In this document: positions 48,239 to 58,408 of the stretch, piece after piece
Layout: every line of letters begins with the position of its first letter
How positions within the stretch are numbered: the first letter of the stretch is position 1
DNA from: an uncultured delta proteobacterium
GTDB lineage: Bacteria; Myxococcota_A; Polyangia; Fen-1088
Assembly (NCBI GenBank): GCA_963767925.1
Contig: CAVYGB010000008.1
Span: forward strand, 64,001-128,000
Direction: 5' to 3'
DNA: 64,000 bases
Notes under the pieces: generated by a model
The model's input: only the letters and a program-made list of their open reading frames with translations
Database searches by the model: none
Told to the model about the DNA's origin: nothing
Position numbers and translations under genes: made by a program

Positions 48239-49600
48239 ATGGATCTCGCCCCCCTCCTGATCATGCTGCGGCTGGCGCAGGCTGCCCCCGGTCCGTCCGC
48301 TCCGGCCGACCCCCTCCTGGCGCCCATGCCCGCGGAGGCCGAGACCCTCACCTCGTTCGACGAGGCGCTGGGCCGGCTGCGGCAGGGCTCCGACACCCTC
48401 GAGATCGCGGCGGCCCGGGCCCGCGCCGCCGCGGCCCAGAGCCGGCAGGCGCTGGCGGCGCTGCTGCCGCTCATCCAGGGCACGGCGAGCGTGAGCCACG
48501 ATGTCCTGCGGCCCGATTCGGCGGCGACGCCCGCGGGGAGCCTGGGCCCGGGGGGTGTCACCGTCGGGACCGGCGCCGGCACCCCCACCACGCCGCTGGC
48601 GGTCGGGCAGCTCTCGGCCCGGGTGCCGCTGATCGACGTCTCCGCCTGGCAGGGCCGCTCGGCGGCCCGGGCCGGTGAGGCGGCCGTGTCGGCGGACCGG
48701 GCGGACGTCGAGCGCACCCTGGTGCTCGCGCTGGCGAGCACCCTGATCGACGTCCTGTCGGCGGAGCGGGCGGCCACCCTGTCGCAGGTCGGCCTGGCCA
48801 ACGCCCTCGAGCGCGAGCACCTGGTCAACCGCACGCTGGAGCTCGGCACCGGCACGCGGCTGGATCTGGTGCGCGCCCAGCAGGACACCCGGCTGGCCCG
48901 GTCCGACGTGCTGGCCGGGCGCGAGCGGACCCTGCAGGCCCGGGAGTCGCTCGGGGCCCTGCTGGGACACCACCGCCCGGTGGGCGTGCAGGCGGGGCTC
49001 GACCTGGATCGGTCGCTGCATGCCTCCCGCAAGCTGTGCCAGGTGGTGGCCAGCGGCAGCCGCCCCGACGTGCAGGCGGCGCGGCTGCGCCAGCGGGCCA
49101 GCGAGGAGCTGGCCGACGTGGCCCGGGCCGACTATCTGCCCTCGCTGGCGTTGCAGAGCGCGGCCTCGGCGATCACGGTCTCGCCCGGTCCCCTGCGGGT
49201 TCCCTCCTGGACGGTCTCGGCGGTGCTCGACATCCCGATCTGGGACGGAGGCGGACGGGGCGCCCGCCTCGACGAGCGCCGCTGGCTGGCCCGGGCGGCC
49301 GAGCGGGAGGCCTTCCAGGTGGCCCGGACGGCCGCCGTGGAGCGGAGCCGGGCAGTGCGGGGCGTGCAGGTGGCGTCCGACCTGCTCGGCGAGGCCCAGG
49401 CCTCGCGGGATCTGGCCCTGGACGCCGACCGGATGACCCGCCGGAGCTTCGAGGCCGGGGCCGCGACGAGCCTGGAGATGGTCCAGTCGGCGCAGCTTCT
49501 CCGTCAGGCCGAGCTGGTGCTCGCCGCCCGGCAGTTCGAGCTGCACACGGCCCGCTTCGCGGCCCTGATCTCGGAGGCAACGTGCGACATCCTTCCCTGA
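48239..49600 (+). CDS. TolC-family outer-membrane efflux protein
   Basis: GTGTRLDLV, RPDV, YLPSL, IPIWDGG, GAATSLE; directly upstream of the MFP and RND genes. Confidence 0.88.
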   Translation: MDLAPLLIMLRLAQAAPGPSAPADPLLAPMPAEAETLTSFDEALGRLRQGSDTLEIAAARARAAAAQSRQALAALLPLIQGTASVSHDVLRPDSAATPAGSLGPGGVTVGTGAGTPTTPLAVGQLSARVPLIDVSAWQGRSAARAGEAAVSADRADVERTLVLALASTLIDVLSAERAATLSQVGLANALEREHLVNRTLELGTGTRLDLVRAQQDTRLARSDVLAGRERTLQARESLGALLGHHRPVGVQAGLDLDRSLHASRKLCQVVASGSRPDVQAARLRQRASEELADVARADYLPSLALQSAASAITVSPGPLRVPSWTVSAVLDIPIWDGGGRGARLDERRWLARAAEREAFQVARTAAVERSRAVRGVQVASDLLGEAQASRDLALDADRMTRRSFEAGAATSLEMVQSAQLLRQAELVLAARQFELHTARFAALISEATCDILP

Positions 49601-50787
49601 GCGATCTGGCCGCCACGGCGGCCCTCCTGCTCGCAGGCTCCTGCGAGGGCGGGCCGGCGGCGGGACCGCCGGTGCGGGCCCTCCCCATCGAGGTGCAGAC
49701 CCTGGCGCCCACGAGCGTGGAGGAGGCCTCGGAGTACGTCGCCAACCTCGTCTCCAGGCGCAGCGTCACCCTGTACCCGGTGGTCTCCGGCTACGTCCGG
49801 GAGATCGTGGTGAAGCCCGGGCAGGAGGTGAAGGCGGGCGAGCGCCTGATCCGCATCGACGCCCGCCAGGAGGTGGCCGCCTTGAGCCAGACCCGGGCCG
49901 CCCTCAACCAGGCCGAGACCCAGCTCCAGCTCGCCAGCACCACCCGCCAGCGCATGGCCGCCCTCCAGAAGGAGGGTATCCGCAGCCGCCAGGACTACGA
50001 AAACGCCATGGCCGAGGAGCAGGCGGCGCGGGCCAACGTGCAGGCGGCGCGGGCCAACGTGCAGGCCCGCAGCGTGCAGCTCGGCTTTCACGACGTGACC
50101 GCGCCCATCGCCGGCATCGTGGGCGACATCGTGGTCAAGGTGGGGGACAGCGTGACCCCCCAGACCGTGCTCACCCAGGTCGACGAGAGCGGGCGCCTCG
50201 AGGTCTCGGTGTCGGTGCCGGTCGACCGCGCCGACGAGGCCCGGGTGGGCCAGACCCCGATCGAGCTGCTCGACGACGCCGGCAAGCCCCGGCTGCGGGC
50301 GCCCCTGTTCTTCGTGGCGACCCGGCCCGATCCCCGGACCCAGCTCGTCGAGCTGCGCGCGGCCTTCGAGAACGCCTCCGGCCTGCGCTCGGGCCAGCGG
50401 GTGCGGGCCCGGGTTGTGTGGCGGGTGTTCGAGGCGCTGACCGTGCCCACCTTCGCCGTCACCCGCCAGAGCGGACAGGCCTTCGTGCTGGTGGTGCGGC
50501 GGGCCCGGGCCGGGGAGGCGGGTGGGGGCGAGGTTGTCGAGCGGCGGGCGGTCGACCTCGGCATGATGGCGGGCGACCGCTGGACGGTGACCTCGGGCGT
50601 GCAGGCGGGCGAGCGGGTGGCGGTGACGGGCCTGCAGGCGCTGCGCGACGGGCAGCCGGTCACGGCCCGGGCCGCGCGCGAGCCCGACGCTGGGCGGGCG
50701 GATGCGGCCGAGCGCCCGCCCGACAGCGCCCGCCCGACCGGCGCCGCGGTGGCGCCGGCCCGCCGCCAGGCCCAGGGAGCCCGCTGA
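49582..50787 (+). CDS. RND efflux periplasmic adaptor (MFP)
   Basis: Lipobox LAGSC, VSGYVREI, APIAGIVG, VKVGD, helical hairpin. Confidence 0.9.
   Translation: MRHPSLSDLAATAALLLAGSCEGGPAAGPPVRALPIEVQTLAPTSVEEASEYVANLVSRRSVTLYPVVSGYVREIVVKPGQEVKAGERLIRIDARQEVAALSQTRAALNQAETQLQLASTTRQRMAALQKEGIRSRQDYENAMAEEQAARANVQAARANVQARSVQLGFHDVTAPIAGIVGDIVVKVGDSVTPQTVLTQVDESGRLEVSVSVPVDRADEARVGQTPIELLDDAGKPRLRAPLFFVATRPDPRTQLVELRAAFENASGLRSGQRVRARVVWRVFEALTVPTFAVTRQSGQAFVLVVRRARAGEAGGGEVVERRAVDLGMMAGDRWTVTSGVQAGERVAVTGLQALRDGQPVTARAAREPDAGRADAAERPPDSARPTGAAVAPARRQAQGAR
50020..50066 (+). repeat. 21-bp tandem duplication (QAARANV x2) inside the MFP gene
   Basis: CAGGCGGCGCGGGCCAACGTG occurs twice perfectly, followed by CAGGC. 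Confidence 0.9.
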
Positions 50788-53700
50788 TGTTCGCCGAGTT
50801 CTTCCTGCGGCGTCCGGTGCTGGCGGGGGTCATCTCGATCGTCATCACCCTCATCGGCGTCATCAGCATCCCGGGCCTGCCCATCGCCCAGTACCCCGAC
50901 CTGGCCCTACCCACGGTCAGCGTGAGCGCCAGCTACATCGGCGCCTCCGCCGAGGTGGTCGAGAGCGCGGTGACCACCCCGCTCGAGCAGCAGCTCAACG
51001 GCGTCGAGGGGATGCGGGACATCTCCTCGAGCAGCACCAACGACGGGCGGTCGATCATCAGCCTCACCTTCGAGCCCGACCGCGAACCTCGACGTGGCCG
51101 CGGTCGACGTGCAGAACCGGGTCAGCGCCGCCGCCCCCCGGCTGCCCGCCGAGGTGAACCAGGCCGGCATCACCATCAACAAGGCGCAGATCCAGATCCT
51201 GATGTCGCTCGGGCTTTTACACCGACGACGACCGCTACAGCCCCGACTTCCTCTCCAACTACCTCAGCGTCTACGTTGTCGACGCCCTCAAGCGGGTCAA
51301 GGGGGTGGGCGACATCCGCATCTTCGGCGAGCGCCGGTTCGCCATGCGCGTCTGGCTGGATCCCGCCGCCCTGGCCGGGCGCGGGCTGATGCCTCAGGAC
51401 GTGGTGCAGGCCCTGCGCGAGCAGAACGTGCAGGTGGCGGCCGGCCAGGTGGGCCAGCCGCCCGTGCGCGCGGACCAGGCCTACCAGGTCGGCGGTGCGG
51501 GCCTACAGCCGCCTGTCCGAGGCGGACGAGTTCGCCAAGATCGTCGTCCAGCGCAGCGCCGACGGGTCGCTGGTGCGCCTGGCCGACGTGGGCCGGGTCG
51601 AGCTGGGGGCCGAGAACTACCAGCAGCTGCTGCGCTTCAACGAGCACCCCGGGGTGGGCCTCGGCATCCTGCAGCTGCCCGACCGCCAACGCCCTCGACG
51701 TGCGCGACGGCGTGATGGCCGAGCTGACCCGGCTGAGCCGCGACTTCCCCCCCGGCCTGAAGTTCCAGGCCGGTCAGCGACAACACGCGGGCCATCGAGG
51801 CCTCGGTCAACGAGGTGCTCACCACCCTGTTCGAGGCCATCGCCCTCGTCGTGCTGGTGATCTTCCTGTTCCTGCACGGCGGGCGCAGCCTGGTGATCGT
51901 CGCCGTGACCCTGCCGGTGTCGCTGGTGGGGACCTTCGCCTTCGTGGCCGCCTTCGGGTTCTCGATCAACACCCTCACCCTGTTCGGGCTGACCCTCGCC
52001 ACCGGCCTCGTGGTCGACGACGCCATCGTCGTGATCGAGAACATCGAGCGGCTGATCCAGACCGAGCGGCTCTCCCCCTTCGAGGCGGCCAAGCGCAGCA
52101 TGGCGGAGGTCACGGGCGCGGTGGTCGCCATCTCGATGGTGCTGGTGGCGGTGTTCGTCCCGGTGAGCTTCTTTCCCGGGACCACCGGCGGCATCTACCG
52201 GCAGTTCTCGCTCACCATCGCGTTTTCGATCCTGATCTCCACGGTCTGCGCCATCACCCTCACCCCCGCCCTGTGCGCCCTGCTGCTGAAGCCGCAGCAC
52301 GAGAAGGCCCGGGTGTTCCGCTGGATCGATCGCAACCTGGACCGGGTGCGCGACGGGTACGGCCGGGGGCTCACCTTCCTCACCCGCCACATGTGGCCCG
52401 TGCTGGGGGTCTTCCTGCTGTTCATCGTGGCCACCGTGCTCCTGTTCCGGGCGGTGCCCACCGGCTTCATCCCCGACGAGGACCAGGGCTACTTGATCGT
52501 CAGCGTGCAGGGCCCCGAGGGGACCTCGTTGCCTTACACCGACAAGGTGCTGCGCAAGATCGCCCCCATCTTGCGCCAGCAGCCCGAGGTCACCGCGATG
52601 TTCGTGGTGGGCGGCTTCTCCTTCGCCGGCAACGGCCCCAACTTCGCGACGGTGTTCGTCAACCTCAAGCCCTGGGACGAACGCCCCGACCCCTCGCAGT
52701 CGGTGGGCGGGCTGGTGCAGCGGCTGCGCGGGCCCCTTCGCCGCCATCGGCGAGGCCCGGGTCCTGCCGCTGCAGCCGCCCGCCATCCGCGGCGTGGGCA
52801 ACGTGGGCGGCTTCCAGTTCATGGTCCAGGACCGCTCGGGCACCGCGACGCTCGACGAGGTGTCGAAGGTCACCCAGGACCTCATCGCCAAGGCCAACGC
52901 CTCCCCCGTGCTGACGAGCGTGTTCTCGTCGTTCGCCGCCAACACCCCCCAGCTCAACGTGCAGGTCGACCTGGCCCGGGCCAAGAGCCTGGACGTCCCG
53001 CTCGACCAGCTCTACGGCGTCTTGCAGGTCTTCCTCGGCAGCCAGTACGTCAACGACTTCGACTTCGCCAACCGCAACTACCGGGTCTACGTCCAGGCCG
53101 ACGCGAGCTTCCGCGACGCCCCCGAGGACATCGGCGCCTTCTACGTGCGCACCACCGGCGGGGCCATGTTGCCGCTCGATGGTCTGGCCAAGGTGACGCC
53201 CGGCACCACCGCCCAGGTGATCCGGCACTACAACCTCTACCGATCCACCGAGGTGAACGGCCAGCCCGAACCCGGCCGCAGCTCGGGTGAGGCCCTCGAC
53301 GCCATGGAGCAGATCGCCCGCGACACTCTCCCCGGCACCTTCGGCTCGTCCTGGACCGGCATCTCCGACGAGCAACGCCGCAGCGGCCGCCAGACCGCGA
53401 TCATCTTCGCCCTCGCGGTGGCCTTCGTGTTCCTGCTGCTGGCCGCCCTCTACGAGAGCTTCTACCTGCCGCTGGTGATCCTGCTGTCGGTGCCGCTGGC
53501 CGTGCTGGGGGGCCTGGGCCTGCAGGCCCTGCGCGGCCTCCCCAACGACGTCTTCTGTCAGATCGGGATCGTCATGCTGGTCGGCCTGGCGAGCAAGAAC
53601 GCCATCCTGATCATCGAGTTCGCCGAGCAGCTCCGGCAACAGGGCCGCGAGGTCACCGAAGCCGCCATCGAGGCCGCTCGCCTCCGTCTCCGCCCGATCT

Positions 53701-53936
53701 TGATGACCTCGATCGCCTTCCTCCTCGGCGTCGTCCCCCTGATGCTGTCGTCCGGCGCGGGCGCCGGCGCCCGCAAGTCCCTCGGCACGACGGTCTTCGG
53801 CGGCATGCTGGTCTCGACCGTCATCAACCTGGGCTTCCTCCCCATTGTCTACATCGCCTTCGCCCGCGCCCGCACCCGCGTCACCAGCCACCGCCCCCAC
53901 CCCCACCCCATCCCCCACTCTGCCCCCACCGCCTGA
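50787..53936 (+). CDS. HAE1 (AcrB/MexF-like) RND permease, split by six +1 frameshifts
   Basis: MFAEFFLRRPV, LPIAQYP, AMRVWLDP, GLVVDDAIVVIENIER, GLASKNAILI, RLRPILMT lie in successive frames. Confidence 0.9.
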
Positions 53937-54035
53937 GCACGGGGCTACCCCCCCGCCGCGCACGCTGTCGGGTGCAGGGCACGGAGGAGGTGCACGTCAG
54001 ATGGATTCCGTGCACGTCTTTCGAGCACGTGCACG

Positions 54036-54164
54036 CGCTTCACCTCTCCCCGCGGTCTGTCGCAGGGAGAGGTGAAGCGTCTGCGCGACGGGTGGGGGGC
54101 CTCCGGCGTGGCAACCGCCCCTCACCTGGCGCCCTCTCCTCACGGCGGACCGCGGGGAGAGGGC
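54036..54164. repeat. Inverted pair of REP-like CCTCTCC...GGAGAGG hairpins; possible bidirectional terminator
   Basis: Perfect 15-bp stem 54036-54050/54065-54079 and a second stem 54131-54139/54156-54164; the two units are imperfect inverted copies lying between convergent genes. Confidence 0.75.
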
Positions 54165-54228
54165 AAACAGGGGGCGGGTCTCCCGGCTCGGCGGTGTTGG
54201 GCGCAGGCCGCTCGCGGGACTGGCTCAC

Positions 54229-55344
54229 TCAGGGCGCGACGCAGAGCCGCACGCCGAGGACGGCCACGCAGAGGCCGAGGAGGCATTCGCGGTTGTTGGC
54301 GCAGGCCTCACCGTTGCGTCGCTTCGGGCGGCACATGCCACCGTCGCAATACGTGCCCTGCCGGCACTGGTTGTCGTTCTGACAACCAGACGGTGGTGGC
54401 GGAGGTGGTGGTGGCGGAGGTGGCGGAGGTGGCGCTGGCGGAGGAGGCGGAGGCGGAGGAGGTGGCGGAGGAGGCGGAGGTGGGGGAGGTGGGGGAGGTG
54501 GAGGAGGTGGAGGAGGTGGAGGAGGTGGAGGAGGCGGGGGAGGTGGAGGAGGCGGAGGAGGCGGAGGAGGCGGAGGAGGCGGCGGAGGCGGAGGCGGAGG
54601 CGGAGGCGGAGGCGGAGGAGGCGGAGGCGGTGGCGGCGGAGGAGGAGGCGGATTGGGCGCGGGTGGCGGTGGCGGTGGCGGCGGGGGGGAAGGCGCCGGC
54701 GGGGGCGGGGAGCCGCTGTCGCGGGGCGCGTCGGGGGGGCGCGGGCCTTCGGGGCGGGAGGCGTCGGTGCCGCGGGTGTCGCGGGGACCGTCGCCGGGAG
54801 CGGCGTCCGGGGGAGGGCCTGCATCGGCGACGGCGGGGGCGCCGCCGATGCGGACGCATTTGCCGGACGGATCGCAGGTGTAGTCGGCGGGGCAGGCGCT
54901 GCCGCACTCGGCGCCCAGCACGAGGCGCACGCGCTGCACCTCCCCCTGGCGAAAGGTGACGGTGGCCTGGGCCGGCCTGGGAGCCGTCCGGGCCGGGTCC
55001 CACGGCCGGCCGGTGGCGACGAGCTGCACCGTCGGGGCCTGGTCCGAGTCAGCCGGGCGGAGGCCCATGCGGGCCAGCGCCTTCTCGCCGGGCTCGTCGC
55101 CCCGCATGGAGAAGGTCTCCTCGATGGGCGCGCCCGCCTTCCCGTTCGTCACCTGGATGCGGATCTCCCGCAGCAACGGCCGCACCGCCGAGGTGGCATC
55201 CACTTCGACGATGATCCCGGTGTCGTCGCCCGAGCAACCCGCGGCGAGAGCCAGCGTCGCCAGCGTCAGGAGCCCGCGCAGCGCGAGCCCGAAACCGGAG
55301 TCGGCGGCACGGCGCGGGCTGGGGGATCGGGGAGGCATCATCAT
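54229..55344 (-). CDS. Lipoprotein with polyproline stalk and Cys-rich tip
   Basis: Lipobox LAAGC; Cys cluster; about 100 Pro; C-terminal CQNDNQC...C repeats; ATGA overlap with the TPR gene. Confidence 0.85.
   Translation of the reverse strand: MMMPPRSPSPRRAADSGFGLALRGLLTLATLALAAGCSGDDTGIIVEVDATSAVRPLLREIRIQVTNGKAGAPIEETFSMRGDEPGEKALARMGLRPADSDQAPTVQLVATGRPWDPARTAPRPAQATVTFRQGEVQRVRLVLGAECGSACPADYTCDPSGKCVRIGGAPAVADAGPPPDAAPGDGPRDTRGTDASRPEGPRPPDAPRDSGSPPPPAPSPPPPPPPPPAPNPPPPPPPPPPPPPPPPPPPPPPPPPPPPPPPPPPPPPPPPPPPPPPPPPPPPPPPPPPPPPPPPPPPPPPPPAPPPPPPPPPPPPPPSGCQNDNQCRQGTYCDGGMCRPKRRNGEACANNRECLLGLCVAVLGVRLCVAP
54391..54687 (-). repeat. (CCN)n proline-codon tract
   Basis: 72 consecutive Pro codons at 54436-54651, plus runs of 14 and 9. 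Confidence 0.95.
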
Positions 55345-56057
55345 TCCACCGTCCGGGTCGGGAGGTTGCACTCGGGAGGGCCACAGGTCCAGTTGTCGGT
55401 CGGGCGCAGGAGGAAGATGGCGGCCACCGTGGCCAGGCTGGCCGCGCCCACCACGCTCCAGAACCAGGGGCGGTGGTAGATCGGGGGATCGGCGCTGTCG
55501 CGGGCGTACGCGTCCGGCGCAATCGATCCGCCGAGCGGCAGCGCCGCGCTGTCCCGCTCCGGCACCGCCACCGCGAGCTGCGCTCCTGCGCCTTCACCCG
55601 GGTTCACCACCAGGCCCGAGGGCACCGTCCGGGCCGCGCCCGGCGCCGGCAGCTTCGCGCTCGGGTCGGCGCTCGCCCCGGCGGCCGCGGCGGCGGGGCC
55701 CTCCAGCTCGCGGATGCGCGCCTTGACCGCCTCGCGGTCCTCCGCGCCGGGGGCCGCGTCCAGGTACTTCTGATAAAACGCGATCGCCTCGGTCGGGTGC
55801 TCCAGCTTCCGGTGCGCCTGGGCGATGTTGTAGAGCAGGATCGGCGCCGGATCGAGCCGGTAGGCTCGCTCGAACGACTCGAGCGCCCGGTCGAAGTGGC
55901 CCAGCCCGAAGGCCGTCGCCCCGAGCTCGTAGTGCGCCTTGGCCTCCGTGGCCCGATCGACCTGCCGCTGCGCCAGCGCGGGCGCCACCCCCGATCCCGC
56001 TCCCGCCAGGAGCGCCGTCATCACCACCGTCGAGACCGCGCCTCGCTTCGCTGCCAT
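55341..56057 (-). CDS. Exported TPR protein with C-terminal membrane anchor
   Basis: AKAHYELG...ALESFERAY..LLYNIAQAHR...AIAFYQKYL; PIYHRPWFW followed by a hydrophobic tail. Confidence 0.88.
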   Translation of the reverse strand: MAAKRGAVSTVVMTALLAGAGSGVAPALAQRQVDRATEAKAHYELGATAFGLGHFDRALESFERAYRLDPAPILLYNIAQAHRKLEHPTEAIAFYQKYLDAAPGAEDREAVKARIRELEGPAAAAAGASADPSAKLPAPGAARTVPSGLVVNPGEGAGAQLAVAVPERDSAALPLGGSIAPDAYARDSADPPIYHRPWFWSVVGAASLATVAAIFLLRPTDNWTCGPPECNLPTRTVE

Positions 56058-57757
56058 CAATCACCCACTTTCCGATAGCTGTTGGCCGGCAAGCTGATCG
56101 CGGGCGGGCTGATCCCCGGCCGACCGCGGTCACTGGCCCCCCGGGCGGCCGGACGGCCTTTAGCCGCCGGAGGCCCGCCTGCGACGGCCCGGCCGGCGGC
56201 CGGACCCGCCGGGCTCCGTGCGTCGGCGCGCGCGCCCGCACGCGGCCGGGCCGCCTCCCGCCGGGTGCGCTCCCGCTCGCCCTCCTCCCATTCGCGGACC
56301 GCCCGTGCGCGCACCGCCCGCACCTCGCGCTCCGCCTGCAGCATCTGCTCGCGGGCTGCGCGCTGCCGCTCGGCTTGCTCCCGCACGGCCTGCTCGGGCT
56401 GTCGCTCGGCCCGCCCGACGGGCGCCCGCTCCGCCTCCCGCCATTCCTGCTGGGCCCGATCCCGCGCGCGGTCCACCACCGTGCCGCTCTCGCGTCCCGC
56501 CGTTCCGGCGGTCCCCTGGGCGTTGCCCGTCGTCTTTGGATCCACGCCCCGCGGGGCCACCGCGGCCGCGGCCGCCGCCGCCTCGCGCGCAGGGGGGCGA
56601 CGGGCGACGAGCAGGACGCCCCCCACCAGCGCCATCGTGCCGAGCGCGCCGAGGATCGCGAAGTAGGTGTACCGCCGCCGGGGATCCCCCCGGCCCTGCC
56701 AGGCGTCGGTCGAGAAGGGAAAGGCCGCCGCCGCGCCGGGGCCGTCCGTCGTCCAGCGGCGCGGCGTCGCGGAGCGGGGCGGGAGCGGGTCGATGGTCAC
56801 CGTCTCGTGAGCCACCACCGCGCAGCCGGTGGGTTGCTTCAGCATCTCGCTGAACCGCCCGCGATCCGTCCCCAGCAGCGCCTCGATGTCCCGCAGCAGC
56901 ACCTCGACCCCCTGGGGCCGGTCCTCCGGGTCCTTGGCCAGCATGCGCGCGATGAGCGGATCCAGCGCCGCCGGCAGCTCGGGCTCCAGCGTCGTCACCT
57001 TCGGCGCCGCGTCCTCGAGGTGGGCCCGGCGCATCCCGACGTCGTCGGTCTCTACGAAGGGCGGGCGCCCGCACAACATCTCGAAGAACAGGCACCCCAG
57101 GGCGTAGACGTCGGTCCGCTGGTCGATGCGGCTGCCCGGCTGCCACTGCTCGGGCGCCATGTAGGTGGGCGTTCCCACCACGCAGCCGACCCGGGTCCGG
57201 GTCAGCGGCTCCTCCCGCAGCAGCTTGGCGATCCCGAAGTCGAGGATCTTCAGGGAGAAGGTGCGCGGATCCGCCACGTCGGGGATCAGCAGGACGTTCT
57301 CCGGCTTCAGATCCCTATGCACCACCCCGTGCTCGTGGGCGAACAGCAGGGCCTCGGCGATGACGCCCACCATGGCCGCGGCCAGCCGGGAATGTCCCGG
57401 CACCTTGCCCACCCGGTCGAGCCAGGCCCGCATGGCCTCGCCGCGCAGGTACTCCATGGCGATGAAGGCCGTGCCATCCCCGAGGACGTCGCAGTCGAAG
57501 ACCTCGACGATCGAGGGATGCCGCAGACGCGCCATCGCGCGGGCCTCGGTCATCAGGCGACCCACGACGTGGGGCTCGGACAGCTCGGGCAACAACACCT
57601 TGAGCGCCCGGAGCTGGCCCAGGCGGCGGTGCTCCGCCTTGTACACCTGGGCGGTGCCGCCCCGGCCCAGCGCGCCCAGCACGCGATAGGGACCCAGATC
57701 CAGCGTGCCCGAGTGAATTTGCTTCGGCGTGGGTGCGGATGTGGCCACCGCGTTCAC
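56057..57757 (-). CDS. Membrane Ser/Thr protein kinase
   Basis: LGRGGTAQVY, ALK, HRDLKPEN, DFG, YMAPEQ; TM segment then charged/coiled C-terminus. Confidence 0.93.
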   Translation of the reverse strand: MNAVATSAPTPKQIHSGTLDLGPYRVLGALGRGGTAQVYKAEHRRLGQLRALKVLLPELSEPHVVGRLMTEARAMARLRHPSIVEVFDCDVLGDGTAFIAMEYLRGEAMRAWLDRVGKVPGHSRLAAAMVGVIAEALLFAHEHGVVHRDLKPENVLLIPDVADPRTFSLKILDFGIAKLLREEPLTRTRVGCVVGTPTYMAPEQWQPGSRIDQRTDVYALGCLFFEMLCGRPPFVETDDVGMRRAHLEDAAPKVTTLEPELPAALDPLIARMLAKDPEDRPQGVEVLLRDIEALLGTDRGRFSEMLKQPTGCAVVAHETVTIDPLPPRSATPRRWTTDGPGAAAAFPFSTDAWQGRGDPRRRYTYFAILGALGTMALVGGVLLVARRPPAREAAAAAAAVAPRGVDPKTTGNAQGTAGTAGRESGTVVDRARDRAQQEWREAERAPVGRAERQPEQAVREQAERQRAAREQMLQAEREVRAVRARAVREWEEGERERTRREAARPRAGARADARSPAGPAAGRAVAGGPPAAKGRPAARGASDRGRPGISPPAISLPANSYRKVGD

Positions 57758-58042
57758 TGCTCCGAACGAGAGTTTTCCAATGTGCCCCGCTGTCAGAACC
57801 AGGACAGCGGTCAGCCCTGTGCGTCCCGCCGCGCGAAATCGCGCCCGCGAAAAGCAATATAGAGGCTGCCTTCATCGTCCGGCCAACCACGACTCCCGAA
57901 AAGCCGCAGGCCCAGAGGTGATCCCTAGGTCTCGACCGCTCCACGCATGGGAGGCGCCCCCGGGATTCGGGAGCAGCCCTCGCCTGAGGGGGGGGCGATC
58001 GGGGCGCCGCCGTCAGGGGCGGGATCTTGGCAGCGCCGGCGA

Positions 58043-58408
58043 TCAGCGAATCGCGAACAGCCGGCTCGGTGCCGGGAGGGCCGATCGGTCGCGGGGACCG
58101 AACAGGTCGGCGATCTCCTCGAAGTCCGACTCCTGCAGGGCGATCTCCGGCTGGCTCAGCCCGGGGTCGAGGAGCATCATGCCGCCCTGGTACCCTGCCG
58201 GCCGGGCGTCCGCCAGCAGCTCCGACACGATCACCGTCGGGGGCTCCGACATCGCCAGGTGCAACCCGGTGAAGGGCAGCCCCTCCGGACTCGGCGTGAA
58301 GCTCGCCCGCAGCGGCTCCGGGCGCCGGTCGGGTATGTTCAGCTCACCTGCCACCTCGAAGAGGCGAAACAGGCAGCGACAGGGTCGGTCGTGGTTCGAG
58401 TGAGCCAT
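58043..58408 (-). CDS. Hypothetical protein
   Basis: ATG with GAGG upstream and high GC3 codon bias; no recognised motif. Confidence 0.6.
   Translation of the reverse strand: MAHSNHDRPCRCLFRLFEVAGELNIPDRRPEPLRASFTPSPEGLPFTGLHLAMSEPPTVIVSELLADARPAGYQGGMMLLDPGLSQPEIALQESDFEEIADLFGPRDRSALPAPSRLFAIR

Noticed and set aside
50787..53936. Programmed frameshifting or phase variation in the RND gene
   Set aside because: Six independent sites with no shared slippery motif; sequencing error is far more parsimonious.
54391..54687. GGN repeat as a CRISPR array, or as a plus-strand poly-Gly or Glu/Ala ORF
   Set aside because: No repeat-spacer structure or cas genes; third-position variation fits minus-strand Pro codons inside a lipoprotein gene.
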